This document shows, piece by piece, positions 1-13,101 of a DNA stretch of 64,000 nt. Source of the DNA: Haliotis rubra (Eukaryota); NCBI RefSeq assembly GCF_003918875.1, contig NW_025767356.1:248001-312000 (forward strand). Direction: 5' to 3'. The first letter of the stretch is position 1; each line of letters starts with the position of its first letter. The notes beneath the pieces were generated by a model that saw nothing but the letters and a program-made list of their open reading frames with translations, had not been told where the DNA came from and searched no databases. The position numbers were made by a program, and so were the translations under genes.

Positions 1-221
1 TCCAGGACGCTAGGTTCCTGTTACGAATTCCTTACGAAGCTAAATGTCGCGAGGGAAAGTTGCCAATGCCCCATCCCAACAGCGTATTTGTAGCCATGCA
101 TGCAGACAAAAAAAAGAATGATCAAATTTGCTAAAGAGGTTACCAGTCGGAATAAAATTGTATTTATAATGATATTCCGACTGTTGTCATCCATGTTTTA
201 CATACTCCCTGTTTCTTCCAG

Positions 222-1164
222 GCTGTCTCATCTTCATTGCTGCAATGGCCTTCACCTGTTTTATGGTAGCGACTATTGCAGTGTTACTATTTATCAAGGG
301 GTAAGTTGAACGTGTTATTCCAACTGAGCCCAAATACCAGTTGGTGCAACAGTCTGCTTCAAAGCAAACATACGAACAAGAACTGGAAAAATAATTGACA
401 TCTACATTAGCAACTTGCATTTATCACTGTCTTGTATAACTTGCCCTGATTCTGTGTGTGTTTCCAGTAATTGTATGTCTGGAATATCATCCAAATAAAA
501 GACAGTGTGCTAACATTCCAATCTGTGTTTCAGCCCCCAGCTGTTTAATCTGGCTGCTTTATACCAACGACCAGAGGTTACACGCGAAACAGAAGAACCA
601 CTGGGAGCTGTACAGGAAACAGTAGATCCGCAGGGAACTGTCCGGGAAGCAGAATACCTCCAGGGAACAGTACGGGAAGCAGAGGACCTACAGGAAACCG
701 TACGGGAAGCGAAAGACCTCGACCAACAAGAAACTGTACAGGAAGCTAAAGACCTACAGGAAACTTTACGGGAAGCGAAAGACCTCGACCAACAGGAAAC
801 TGTACAGGAAGCTAAAGACCTACAGGAAACTGAGAAGTGGGACGAATGTAATACAGCAACAAGAGAAACAATGAAACCTTCGAGAGCCCCGTATGTTAAC
901 GTGGTTCCTGTGCAGGCCCCTGATGCTGCTCATGTTCCCCCTAAATATGCCGTGCCTCGTAATGTGAAACCTGTGGACCCATCTCCTGAACCAAGTGGTT
1001 ACATTTGCATGCACACTGGTGGATCCAAGGACCTAGTTGTTTACCAACCACCCCGTCAGACCTCTCCCACAGAACTTGATGATCGGGAAGTTGCAGCGTT
1101 CAACACTGGTCATTATTTGTGTATGGATCCATTACAAGAGGCTTTCTCTCAGGACAAAATTTAG
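222..1164 (+). CDS. G1 (5' part outside window): TM exon plus Tyr-motif cytoplasmic exon of a single-pass receptor
   Basis: Exon 222-300 (cag|...|gtaagt, phase 1 to 2) encodes GCLIFIAAMAFTCFMVATIAVLLFIKG. Exon 534-1164 continues in frame through QETVREAKDL-type repeats into ORF 871-1164 (YVNV, YAVP, YICM, YQPP, YLCM). AATAAA at 1214. Confidence 0.85.
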
Positions 1165-1345
1165 AGCAGGCGTAAATATTACCATCCGTCACAGTCGCAC
1201 TGAGAAGTGTTTGAATAAAGCCACATTAAGTAGCAGCTGTTGCTCTTCGGTGCACTGTGTAACTCTTCAAGGAAGTTACTAACTTTGTGTCATAAGTTGT
1301 GATTTGTGTTATGTCACACCTAGCTGTGTATCTTCATCCCAAATA

Positions 1346-1484
1346 GGGCGGTGGTATAGCCTAGTGGTTAAAGAGTTTCTCTCGTCACGCCGAAGACCCG
1401 GGTTCGAAGCCCATTGCTGTTGTCGCCCTAAGTGACATTGCTGGAATATTGCTAAGAGCGACGTAAAACTAATCTCACTCTCTC
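1346..1484 (+). mobile_element. tRNA-derived SINE, family A
   Basis: tagcctagtggttaa A box, ggttcga B box, tail gctggaatattgctaa..cgtaaaactaa. Confidence 0.8.
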
Positions 1485-2929
1485 ATCCAGAATCCTTCGG
1501 TCGACCTCAACCACTAGCTCACGTTCATTCAGCACAATAGACAAGTTGTTGCAAATCCCTATTTCAAATACTGTATCTGCTTAAGTGCTAAAGCGTTTCG
1601 GAAATAAAACTGCATGTTGATGTACTTCAGTTTCCTTGGTTGTGTCTTATTATCAGTATCAGAACGGATGAATCCAGTGAAGGTCAGGGATTCCAAGATG
1701 GCCGAACCGGCAGTTATAGTCGCAGGTGAACAGTGGTTGGACGGATAGTTTCGGTTCCTTACCCTGAATTGCCTATACGTATCTATACTAGACTTGTGCA
1801 GTTGAACCAATTCGTAGATCATAAGCATTTTCTATTCCAAAGACTGTATTCCATAGATCGAGACTGGATGTAATGGCTCCGCCTTGTTGAGTCCGACCGG
1901 TTTGGAGCTTGAAATTGCTGCATCACGAAACGAGTTAGGAGCTTGTGTTTCTGTGGATAATGAAAACAAACAATAGGAACTTACGATCTTACGACCTTCA
2001 ACCAGCAGAGAGAATGTAATGTTCTTATCACAAACGGGAAAATGTATTATATTCATTACATACGCATTTTGATTGACAATTGTCAGAATCAATCCTTCAT
2101 TCTTTGCAAGCAGCTTATAATTACCAACAAGGTCCAGTTGTCATGGAAACATGTTGACGACATGATAACGCCATTTCCGTTCACATCGTCATATCAGAAC
2201 ATGGGCGTTTTTGCGAGTATTTCCGCAAGTCATATACTTCGCCTGCATTAAATATGTCAGCCTGACACATATCCCATCGCAATACAGCTGAAGCTTGGTT
2301 TAACTGTTTCACTGTTTCACTTTTATTTTTTGCAGGTTACTGATGTTATTTGTGAAAACAACAACGAATGCAAATACGTCCGTGTCAATCGGAAACTATT
2401 CATACAGTCTGGTTTCATATTAAGATATCTTCGCATACCTAAAGTATGAACACCTTGCCTCATTAACCTACATATATTTAAACCTGACTCAGACTCGCGG
2501 TCAAGTCATCGCATCACAACTGCGTAGAGCGATGCTCATGATGTTGATCTCAGAATTGTCTGGTCCAGACCTGATTATTTACAAACATCCATCATATAGC
2601 TGGAATACTGCGGCGTTAATCACTAACCAACCAATTAACCAACCCTTTTTGATAATCAGTAAATTCATTTATGTAATTAAATGCACTGTACTGACTAGCA
2701 AATGTAGACCTCGTTAACGGAAAGCCACGCGCTCATCCTGATTCCCAAGTTGTCCCACTCCCGGTAAAATGGTGTTGTGTCATAACACAACATATATATG
2801 AGATTCACTTAGTTTATGCATGCGAGCTACACAGGTTGAATGCATGGATGCATGCATTGCATCGGACATTGATATTGGTGTTCTAGAAATATATCAACGC
2901 GCAGATTCGCTTTCAATACGTTAAAGACC

Positions 2930-3160
2930 TGAGTATAACTGAATATTTAAACCCGTTCCTTTGTATAACCGACGATATACCATACTCAACCTCGGTATAA
3001 CCGACTATATACCATACTCGACCGGGATATGACCGAAAATTTTCCATACTCGACCTAGGTATATCCAAATCTTTAAATCTGTTCCTCGGTATAACTGAAT
3101 GTATACCATAGTCGACGTCGGTTTAACAGACTATATACCATACTCGACTTCGGTATAACT
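2930..3160. repeat. Degenerate minisatellite, about 31 bp
   Basis: cctcggtataaccgactatataccatactcga variants. Confidence 0.75.
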
Positions 3161-4519
3161 CCTTATAACACTTGTATTCGAATTGATTATAGCAAGGCAT
3201 AGCCGAGCACATATACCTCAACCGTGGTAATACAACTATTTGCTCTACCAGACCCTGGAAAACGAAGAATACTGCGTGTCTGTGTTCGGTTTAATCAACA
3301 ATCTACATCACTCACCCTCTTTAAAACCACAAATACAAATATAAGTATGGTAACTTACCCCATAGAGCCATTTATATTCATATTTAAATCAGGTTTGTTT
3401 GTGTACATATACTCAACAAAACGAGAAACGCAAAAGTGGTTTTCAGACATATTCTGTGTGTATCAAACAAATACTCAACATATCACAGTGAATTGTTCAT
3501 ATTTCTCGCAAGTCTTTGTCGCTGACCGAGGTTCATCATAGCACACATGTAACAATTGAATTCCAAGGTGAAGGTTGTCTGTTCTCAATAGAACGGACAA
3601 TGCCCTGTTTGGACTTGTACCATACATTCCCGATTTGGTTCTGTGACTAGACTTTGAATATGTTCATCATAATGGGTGCCACCAGTGGGGCAGGATACGC
3701 TCAACATTTCGCGAACACCTGGTATCATTACTAATTCATAAACATGCATTAACACATACTCGCTTAGCGTCAAGAACTGGGCTGTCAGGTCCACACTCGA
3801 TACTTTACAAACCACATCGTCATACTGCCGAAACAAACACTTACTCTTGATAGAGTCAGAATCGTACAATCTACTCAGCTTTTAGCAGAGATTTCTTATG
3901 AATGTGGAAAGGGGTATGTCGCTTCTGTTAAACAAACACACACTAAGTCGTAAATACCGTCAGAGTTGTACAATCTATTCTGCTTCTAACAGATATTTCC
4001 TACGGTTGTGGAAATGTGTTGCCGCTTCTGTTAAACAAACAAACGAACACACGCATGGTCATAATTTAGTCAGAATTGTAGGTTCAACTGCGCTTTAGCT
4101 GCGGTTGGTTGTATATGTGGACCAGGTCAAATCGTTCAAACTGAAACATCACTGAAAATACTCTGGTTTCAATAGCAGGCCTACAAAAGAAAACTTTCCC
4201 ACTGTGCAGAAAAACGCAGCCAAATCCACATTAATCGTGGAAATAAAACATAAACATAATACCTCGCTACTGAAACAGAAAAAACGGAAATACTGACGAA
4301 ATACTCGTCAGTATTTCCAGATACTACAAGGACGTACGCAGCCAGAATAATTCAACATGTTCTTTCTTGAGCCCGTGTCATGATTGTATGAGGAAATTTC
4401 TTCGGTGTTTCGTATACCGGGTAACAGGTTAACAGTGATATGAAGACAACACACTGAGGTGAAAGTATTGCTGATATACTTGCCTATAGAGTTGAGATGG
4501 GTGAGTAGCCACGTTGGTG

Positions 4520-4740
4520 TTTGTTTTCTTTGTTGTTTAACGCCGCACTCAGCAATATTCCAGCTCTGTGACGCTGGTCAGTATATAATGGAGTCTGTAC
4601 CAGACAATCCAATGATAAACATCATGAGCATCAATCTAGGCAAATTTGATGTCATCGTGCCTTATCACCCGGTACTGTTAGTCGCCTCTTACGATAAGCA
4701 TGGGTCACTGAAGTCCAATTCTAACCCGGATTTTCACTGG
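4520..4740 (-). mobile_element. SINE family B (diverged)
   Basis: Similar to 8176-8423. Confidence 0.7.
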
Positions 4741-4759
4741 TTTTTGTGATTTGCATTGG

Positions 4760-4908
4760 GTGAGGGAGTGAGTTAAGTTTTACACTGTTTTTAACAATAT
4801 TCCAACAATATCACGGCGGGCAACATCAAAAATGGGCTTCACACATTGTACCTATATGGGGAATCGAACCCAGGTCTTTCGGCTTATCCACGAGGCTCCC
4901 CCGCCGCC
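4760..4908 (-). mobile_element. SINE family A (degenerate)
   Basis: Reverse complement of the family A sequence. Confidence 0.7.
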
Positions 4909-5078
4909 GGTGAACACAACATGAAATCCACTTTCGTGAGCACCATGTGTCATCACTAATTTCCACGGATCCTTTCATGTAATGTGCCACAATTGTGGGT
5001 GTTTCGTCGAGTGGAATATGTCTCGAGGCTGCTTTTCTCTGGCATCGGCGTTCTATACTGCAATGGAAGTGTTCACGG

Positions 5079-6820
5079 ATGCCAACTGATCATGACCGTA
5101 GACATGTACTGTTACTCCCTGGAATACAAGGTAAAGCGGCCCAACCTAGTTCTCTTAGATCAGATTATTGTGTAACGTCTGGCTAAGATTCATCAGGGAC
5201 GGAGGGTTAGCCCAATGGTTAAAGTCAAGTCATACCGAAGACCCGGGTTCGATTCCCCACATAGGTACAATATGTCAAGCCCATTTCTGGTGTCTCCCGC
5301 AGTGATATTGCTCGAATATTGCTAAAAGTAAAACTAATCTTACTCACTCACTCACTAAGATGCAACCGACAGAAAGTTGTCAAGCAGTTGATAAGGAAAT
5401 AACATACCTCGCGTGACTATCTTTTGTTATCCACTCGTGATACTTTGATATGATGGTCCTAGTTCTGATTTACTTCACGACGTTGTCGAGGGACTTGGAC
5501 GCAGTGATGGTAAGGCGATCGTTTAGATGATTGTAAACTTTGCAGGTTGGAAGTCGACGTGTAAGAAATGGTGATGGAAGAAATGTGTTCATGTTCGTGG
5601 AACTATACCTGTCAGTTTTGTTTCAGATAATGATATTATGATCATCGTCGCCGCGTGTCTCATCGCAGTGCTCTCTGCCGCTGCCATCGTCATGGGCTGC
5701 TGTTTCATGAAGCGGTGAGCAGATGTTGTTTCAACTACTCAATACCTTATCCTTTCCTATAATGTCACATTCGATTGTATGGCAAACGAACAGCACATAT
5801 TGGCTGTCACGCTAATTCCAAATCTGAAGTTTCACTTCATATCGAACAACAGCTTATGGTGTCTATTTCCCCCTGCATAGGTTGTAAAGAACAACCTATG
5901 TCCTTCCTCAAGGTAACATAAACTTTACAATGTACCAAGGTTTTACATCTTGCACAAAGTCCTGATTTACCAATATCATTACGATTATATCTGTAAGCTT
6001 TGTTTGTAAGAAATGCTGTTCAATTCGGAGATCAACTGCAACACTAATCACACGTTCACATGTCTTCACGTCAATGTATTCTCAGATGGTATTGTTAATG
6101 CCACACCCGCACGTTGAACACGACCAGGATAATACAGCGAGGCCCCGTATGGTAGAGATGATATCTGCACTGGGTGTTTGATTGTTGTATTGATATCATC
6201 ACATAAATATTAATTTGTTCACCGGTTTATTGCTATAATGTAGAGATATTGTTGTACAGGCTCGACAAACAGGCATGTTATCATTTAATTATAGCCATCA
6301 CACTTATTTGTTGGCCATGAATTTCACAGATCGATTTGATATAATATTCAGTTTGTAATTCAATTAAACATACTTGTCAAATGTACACTGACCAACCCGT
6401 GTGACATGTCAGTATACTTGTGGAAATCATACTACAGTAGGCTGATTGATTAATCTATCTGTCTTCTCCTCCAGGACCACGCTAGAGACACGGAAGCCTA
6501 CTGTATCTACTAGCTTGCCACGGCGGTTGGAGACGAACGCTTACACGAACACGGACACCAGGGATAAACACATGCCATCATGCAGCCACCACGGACAAGC
6601 CAATCGTACGTCAGGATCCGGGTATGACAGGCTGCATATAGGGAAAGACAACATTCTGAAGTTCACCGACATGGAGCCGGATTCAGCACAGATATACAGC
6701 CATCTGGCCAGACACGAAGCAGACATGGACTGGGCCGACGTCTATGATACGACGTTGCGTCAGCTTGGCAGAAAACGAGCGGATGGATCCTACAATAAAG
6801 TAACCATTCAGGAAAAATAG
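5079..6820 (+). CDS. G2: single-pass membrane protein with ITIM-like tail and no detectable lectin ectodomain
   Basis: TM exon 5627-5714 (NDIMIIVAACLIAVLSAAAIVMGCCFMKR). Last exon 6475-6820 (SGYDRL, IYSHL, VYDTT, SYNKV). The upstream exon ending at 5130 (phase-1 donor gtaaag, candidate ATG 5079) is uncertain. Confidence 0.75.
5196..5356 (+). mobile_element. SINE family A
   Basis: A/B boxes, (ACTC)n tail, flanks ctaagat(t/g)ca. Confidence 0.8.
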
Positions 6821-8175
6821 ACATGTCTTTGCGATCACGGGCTTCATGTGTGAGGTGCATAAGGTACCGGACCCATGCAGTAAGACTGTCGATAACTTCT
6901 TCCCGTTCAATGTAAGAGGTGAAGACTAAATGATTGTCCATTTGTAGTGTTTGTGTAGTTTGTCATTTCGGCGGTGTCTGTTTGAGTGATTACAGGTAGT
7001 CGGTAGTGCCAGGTAGACATATTCCAGGTCTCAGACGTTTACCATCTCTGTGGAATCCTACAGCACCGGTTTGATGCTGTCAAAACTAGGAATATAATGT
7101 GAGCGAAAGCGGATTCGAACCTACGACCAAATGTCTCTGTCAAAGGGGTGCAACTCTGTAACTTATATGACAGAAAGAGTATAAGAAATATCAGCATACT
7201 CTGCGTTTCTGGAACTACTTAATACAAACAGGTTTTACATAATAATCTCTGAACAAATCACGAGTGAAAACAAATATGCTATTCTCCGCCCTCTCGTTGT
7301 AATTTGTTAGGTACAACAATAGAAATTGATGTTTGCAAGACGACTGTGTCTCCAGCAATCAAACTTTCTAATAGATGCTGGCTCAGATGCATAGTTGAAA
7401 TATAAATTGAAATAACTCAGTTCCCATTTCTCATGTGATTCTACATGATTGTTTAAGGATAATATTATACATATCTGTGTACATTAGTAGAATTAAAGTT
7501 ACTCTGGTTGTCATGTAACTGTCCCTGTTACTAAGCAACTGAGTATTCACGTGACTCCGTTGATCTGTCGGACAAGTGTACTGTTGTAATTGTGATTATA
7601 CGCTTGGAGGCCGGAGAAAAAAACATGTTACGTCTTGTATGTCTTACAGATGTTTTGTTCAGCGTTTCTTTCAATATCAACAACATTGTTCAATGTTCGG
7701 TCGTTAATGTTCAGGCAGACAGTTTCACGGGATCTGGTTACAGATACAATGCTCGTCAGATCGCGAATTAATCACGATTAGGCTATAAATACACTCACAT
7801 CTTCCTTGTTTACTTTCCAGATTTCTTTATTTATCTTGCTGCTTGTATCGACCTTTAAAAAATAGGTTTCACAATTATATAACTGTCTATTGTGCTAATT
7901 ATTGAAAAAGCAACCAGGAAATATTCTGTCAAATATTTTGTCAAGTGTCAATGCATCCGCCTCGAATGACAAAATCATGATACGATTGAGGTGTTTGGAG
8001 ACCAGTCAGTGAATTATACGTGAGGCTCTACATGTCGGTGAACTTTACTAAAGATCTCTCCCTAAAATATCAGACATTGTGGTTTGCTTCTTAATTCTTC
8101 TCAAACGATAACTCATCGAGGGAATTGTCCCAGACCTGTCGACTTCTTAAAGTGTTTAATAACATGTTGATACAA

Positions 8176-8423
8176 GTGAGTGAGTGAGTTTAGCTTTACG
8201 CCGCACTCAGCAATATTCCAGCTATATGGCGGCGATCTGTAAATAATCGAGTCTGGACCAAATAATCCAGTGATGAACAGCATGAGCATAGATCTGCGCG
8301 ATTGGGAACCGATGACATGTGTCAACCAAGTCAGCGAGCCTGACCACCCGATCCCGTTATTCGCCTCTTACGACAAGAGTGGGTTACTGAAGATCAATAT
8401 TCTAACCCGGACCTTCACGGGTC
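8176..8423 (-). mobile_element. SINE family B (about 245 bp)
   Basis: Repeated at 8760-8997, 4520-4740, 2490-2640 and 25310-25398. Flanks tgtt(g/a)atacaagt. The 3' tail is shared with family A. Confidence 0.85.
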
Positions 8424-8759
8424 TGTTAATACAAGTAAGTTTCTAATGCGATGCCCATACTCAACATATACACTCCCCGACTTGTGGTTTTACGGTTTTC
8501 TACACATGCTCTAATAAGGGAAGATGGGGATTACAATGAGGCGTAGGATTCAAAATTACAGATTCCAAAATATCTCTGTTTAAACAGTAAAATGCAAATA
8601 ATATAAATATGTGATTATCCATAATGCTAAGAGGCATGCGCCTGCAGCATACATGGGTGTGTACATAAAAAGAACATTGCATATCAAAATACAACATATT
8701 TCTGTAAACTGTTTATCAGTTAACTGTTTTGATTGCATCATACATATGTACATGCCGAA

Positions 8760-8997
8760 GAGTGAGTGGGTGAGTTTAGTTTTACGCCGCACTCAGCAAT
8801 ATTCCAGCTATATGGCGGCGGTCGGTAAATAATCAAGTCTGGAACAGACAATCCAGTGATGAACAGCATGAGCATAGATCTGCGCAATTGGGAACCGATG
8901 ACATGTGTCAACCAAATCACCGAGCCTCACCACCCGATCCCGTTAGTCGCCTCTTCCGACAAGCATGGGTTACTGAAGATCAATATTCTAACACGGG
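8760..8997 (-). mobile_element. SINE family B
   Basis: Near-identical to 8176-8423. Confidence 0.85.
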
Positions 8998-9949
8998 TAC
9001 ATGTGGAAGAAATGATAGGAAGTTAGCTGGGCAGTTGCCGAGTGCGGCGTTAGAGAACAGCACAATCTGATTGATGGATGGTTGTCACATGTGAATTATT
9101 TCGTTTGACGATTGCGGTTACTGCAATACCAAACATTACACGTTTACCATTATTGAAAATGGCTCTGGTGATATATGTAAAAGCCTTTATCTCGTGAGGT
9201 GAGAGTCCCTCGAACACAAATGGAGCACATGTTGCCCGGTTATTTAGGTAAAAAAATCGCGATGCAGAGTTTGGGCTAAGGGCATGGCGGCACCCGCTAA
9301 TTGAGGGTTCGAATCCAGATTATGGTCGTAGGTTTGTCAGCAAGACAGTGGTAAAGATCTGAAGCCTGCATCAATTCGGCTTTTCCTCCCACATATAGTT
9401 AACACGCTGTAATAGCACAGGAATATTGTTAAACGAGGCATTCAACACGCGCACCCAGCCTAAAGGCTAACCAGGTCGGCTATTACGTAGCGAAACTTAG
9501 AACAATATCGAGAGATATGGTTAACGTCCGTGTTCCCGTCCGATGCAGTTGTGAAAATACAGCACAAAAAGATTCACGATATCTAACACCATGGTTCAAG
9601 CTGACACCTAAAGGAAACACAGTAGTGGAAGTACGGCTTGACGCATGTTCCTCGATCAGGCTTCAGCTGGGTATCTACACTGGTGGAACAGGCAAGATGC
9701 AGGCAGATGGTAAGTAGATATTTCATCCCCTCATAAACAACTCAGTCATGTAACTGGAGAAGCGAACTTGGTACTTTTCGAAAAAAACGTCAAACATTAT
9801 CCAGAATAATTGTACAGTTCCTTGTCAGTTGAGTATGACCAACATACTTTAGCAGTATTATTCCACTGTGAAATTTCAAGTAAAAAAAGATCCCCAAAAA
9901 CTGTTGCGCCTGAAATGGATCCAGTGTCCAGTCGCGGTGGTTACTTCGA

Positions 9950-10036
9950 GTGAGTAGTGTCGGACCCAGTGAGTAGTGTCGGACCCAGTGAGTAGTGTCG
10001 GACCCAGTGAGTAGTGTCGGACCCAGTGAGTAGTGT
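9950..10036. repeat. 19-bp tandem repeat, about 4.5 copies
   Basis: gtgagtagtgtcggaccca. Confidence 0.95.
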
Positions 10037-10844
10037 TGCCTGTTGCTTTGTATATCAACCACTGATTTCTGTGGCAAACAACTATGAATACAAGTGATTG
10101 TGATTGCAAGTCCCGCGACATACACCCACTGTGTTTTGAAATTGCAGGTAGGAAAACGGATTTATAATAACGCATTTCATTTTAGAGGTACTATAAATCC
10201 GTTTTACTACCTTTAATTTCACAACACACTAGTTTATCTACATTTTACAGAGACAATTGAATGAAATATTTCAGTTAAAACTCTTTCTTTGGTAAGACCT
10301 CTTTTTAATATGTGATGCAGCCTCGCTTTCTAGTCTCAAGTGGTATTGCTCCAAATTGGCTGATAGGCGGTTAAACCGTCTGAACAAAACAAACACCGGC
10401 CTCGGTAATTACAAACAACTAATAACGTCTCGTTTATTCACTGTCATTAATCACAAAGGAATAACCAGTCCGTGTATTTTGTAATTAAATTCGATTCTAC
10501 GGATATTGTGTCCATTATTTTTGAAATTGTGTTGTACATCAAAATGTATCAAATTTAATCTGATTCGGTGACATGATTGCGAGGCTGCTGAATAACAGCT
10601 GGAGTTGGGGGGACAAATTTTTTATTAATATTTCTGAAAGGATACAAACGAAAATGGGGGTGACCGCTGGCATAAAAACGGTAAAGTTATTAATTGTACT
10701 TCATGAGGCTACTCTACTTCAAGCAATGTAACGGATCAGAGGAACCATGAAACAAATATGTTGGGCTAAACGCAGAATGGATGAAGTGAATTTTGCAGCT
10801 TCTGTACAAACTGTGGAAAGTATATCTTTGTCATAACAATATCG

Positions 10845-11321
10845 CAGTCTAAGTAAACTTAGGCTCAGTATTATTCGTTACATTGCTATACTAACAAAAC
10901 TTTGTAGAAGGTCGCGTAAGCTAACCTTTGAGCAACCTATGAGCGTCGAATCAAACGCGAGACGGCCGAACGGATTTAATCAATCCGACAACGACTACTT
11001 GTTAGGGTTCGGTGGGACTTACAAAACGGTTTTTGGTTTTTCTCTTCCCTGGTCGCTGACACATGTACCAACAACATATATTTGACCTGCAGTATATCTT
11101 TGGGGTTTCTAATGACATGGTTACTATTAGCATATATTTCCGCAAGATGACATCCTTGAATATTGACAAAAACGCTATATGTTTACTCATTGCGTGTATC
11201 ATGGGGAAGCGATCGTGCGGAAAATAGTATTCGGAATCTTTCGAGTTGTTTAGGTACAGGTTCAAACGGTATGTGCGAATGTTAACTTTCGCGATTAATG
11301 AGCCTGAGTTTACTTAGACTG
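10845..11321. mobile_element. MITE with about 10-bp TSD (Mutator-like)
   Basis: TIR cagtctaagtaaact(t/c)aggctca, flanks aacaatatcg / aacaatgtcg. Confidence 0.7.
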
Positions 11322-12052
11322 AACAATGTCGTTTAGTTTGAATTAATAATCGAGCTGTGGACAGAAGGCTTTCTTTCGGCGTTAGATGTCAAAGCATCAT
11401 ACCGGGTCCGGACCAACGCCGATATCGTCAACAAAATCTGATAAATTTACATTTAGTCTGTAAATTATGTAAGAGTTAATCGATTTATCTGTTTTGGCTA
11501 AACATTCCAGACAAGTAAACGTTTCTTGTCTTGCCGAATTGTTCATCGGAGGCAAGACGACGTTTTGGCCTTGCTCGACTGAATGATTATGTTTTGCTCG
11601 TGAAATTGTTTGTGCATATAATCATATATTTCTGTGATTGAGTGAAGTACTGAGTCGGGCCCATTTTCAAAAACAAATGTGTAATATCAGACAGCAAGAT
11701 TGCCGTAATGTCGTAATCGGGTGTTTGTTTGCTGTCGGCCAAGTTGGTGGGCAAATGAAAATAGAGCATTACCGTAAACTATGAATAATTGCGCAGATGA
11801 CATACCCCGGAATGACATGAATTACCTAATCACAATCAAGTTACTGTATTTCCTGGAGTCGTAATTGATTGTAGTTTCTATGTGCATGTTTATCTGGTGC
11901 CTTGGTAAGCGTAATTTACTGAAAAAGTGTAGTCCCAAATATAACGTGTTACATTTGACCACTTTCTAAATGGTACCGTGTATTTATAGCTTTCGGTCGC
12001 GGGAACCGTGCCAATTTATCTGTTTGATTGGCATTTAGAAGTTGGTGACTAA

Positions 12053-12357
12053 TAAGAAAGTAAGAAAGTTTATGGATAACAACTTCTTTATTATATATGA
12101 TGCGACGTTTCGGTATGGATTCTTATACCGTTGTCAAGCTTCCTATTGTCACTTATTGCCACCGTGCCTTGTTGTTGTTGTTAATCCCCCTGATTCAGTC
12201 CTACATGTTGTTATTACTTAATCCCTGTTCATGTATATAAGTCTGTTCTGTGCTGCAGTACTTCACTCTTGCCTGACAACGGTTTAAGAATCCATACCGA
12301 AACGTCGCATCATATATAATAAAGAAGTTGTTATCCATAAACTTTCTTACTTTCTTA
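12053..12357. repeat. About 85-bp inverted repeat, Penelope pLTR-like
   Basis: 12053-12138 is the near-perfect reverse complement of 12271-12357 and contains ctgacaa-cggt...accg-aaac. Confidence 0.7.
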
Positions 12358-12432
12358 CGTGCCAATTTACATTTATCAGAGGAGTACACAAAGTCCTTGG
12401 CTTACTCTACCAGTTGTCAGAATTCCATGTTT

Positions 12433-12600
12433 AGGGAGCCGCGGTGGCAGAGTGGGTAAGATGGTTGACTTTGTTTGCTGGTGTATCTGACTCTGACAGT
12501 GTGGGTTCGAATCCCGGATGGGATTAAACCCAACAAAGATACTAAAATCTGTAGTGTACTGAGGAAGTGTAATGCCAAATATAACATGTGTCACAGGTGG
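12433..12600 (+). mobile_element. tRNA-headed SINE family C
   Basis: gtggcagagtggg...ggttcgaatccc, related copy at 18325-18480. Confidence 0.6.
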
Positions 12601-13101
12601 TTTCACGCATCATATGACATTTCATTGTTCTTAGAAGATATATCGGCATGGTATTAATAGTGAATATGCACCTATATGAAAGATAAATTGACATTCACAG
12701 TTCCTTTACATAATTTAGGTAGAAAATATCGTTTCGAGTGACGGCAGAGTTGCTGGACAATGATATGAAGTGTACGTGGTAACTGTAAGCTACTGTAGAC
12801 ATTATACTATTAACACGTTCTAGTGCTACATGCTGTGTCTCTGACACTTAAATAGAGCCAGTCTAATTTCGATGTATACATGTGACAATCTACAATCGAT
12901 TACGATTTGCAATCGATTACAACTTCAAATTGTTCATAACTTCTGAGCGATGTTTCAGGGATAACTTGTGTTACTTTCATACAGAGCGAACGCGAGACTC
13001 ACATGAACAGTGAGGCATACATTTACAAAGTGCATAAATACCATACACCTGTTATGTGTGATGACAAATTTAATGAGCATCGTGTTATGTCATATATCCA
13101 G

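Noticed and set aside
6086-6151. Extra G2 exon
   Set aside because: Gives a stop within four codons in the required phase.
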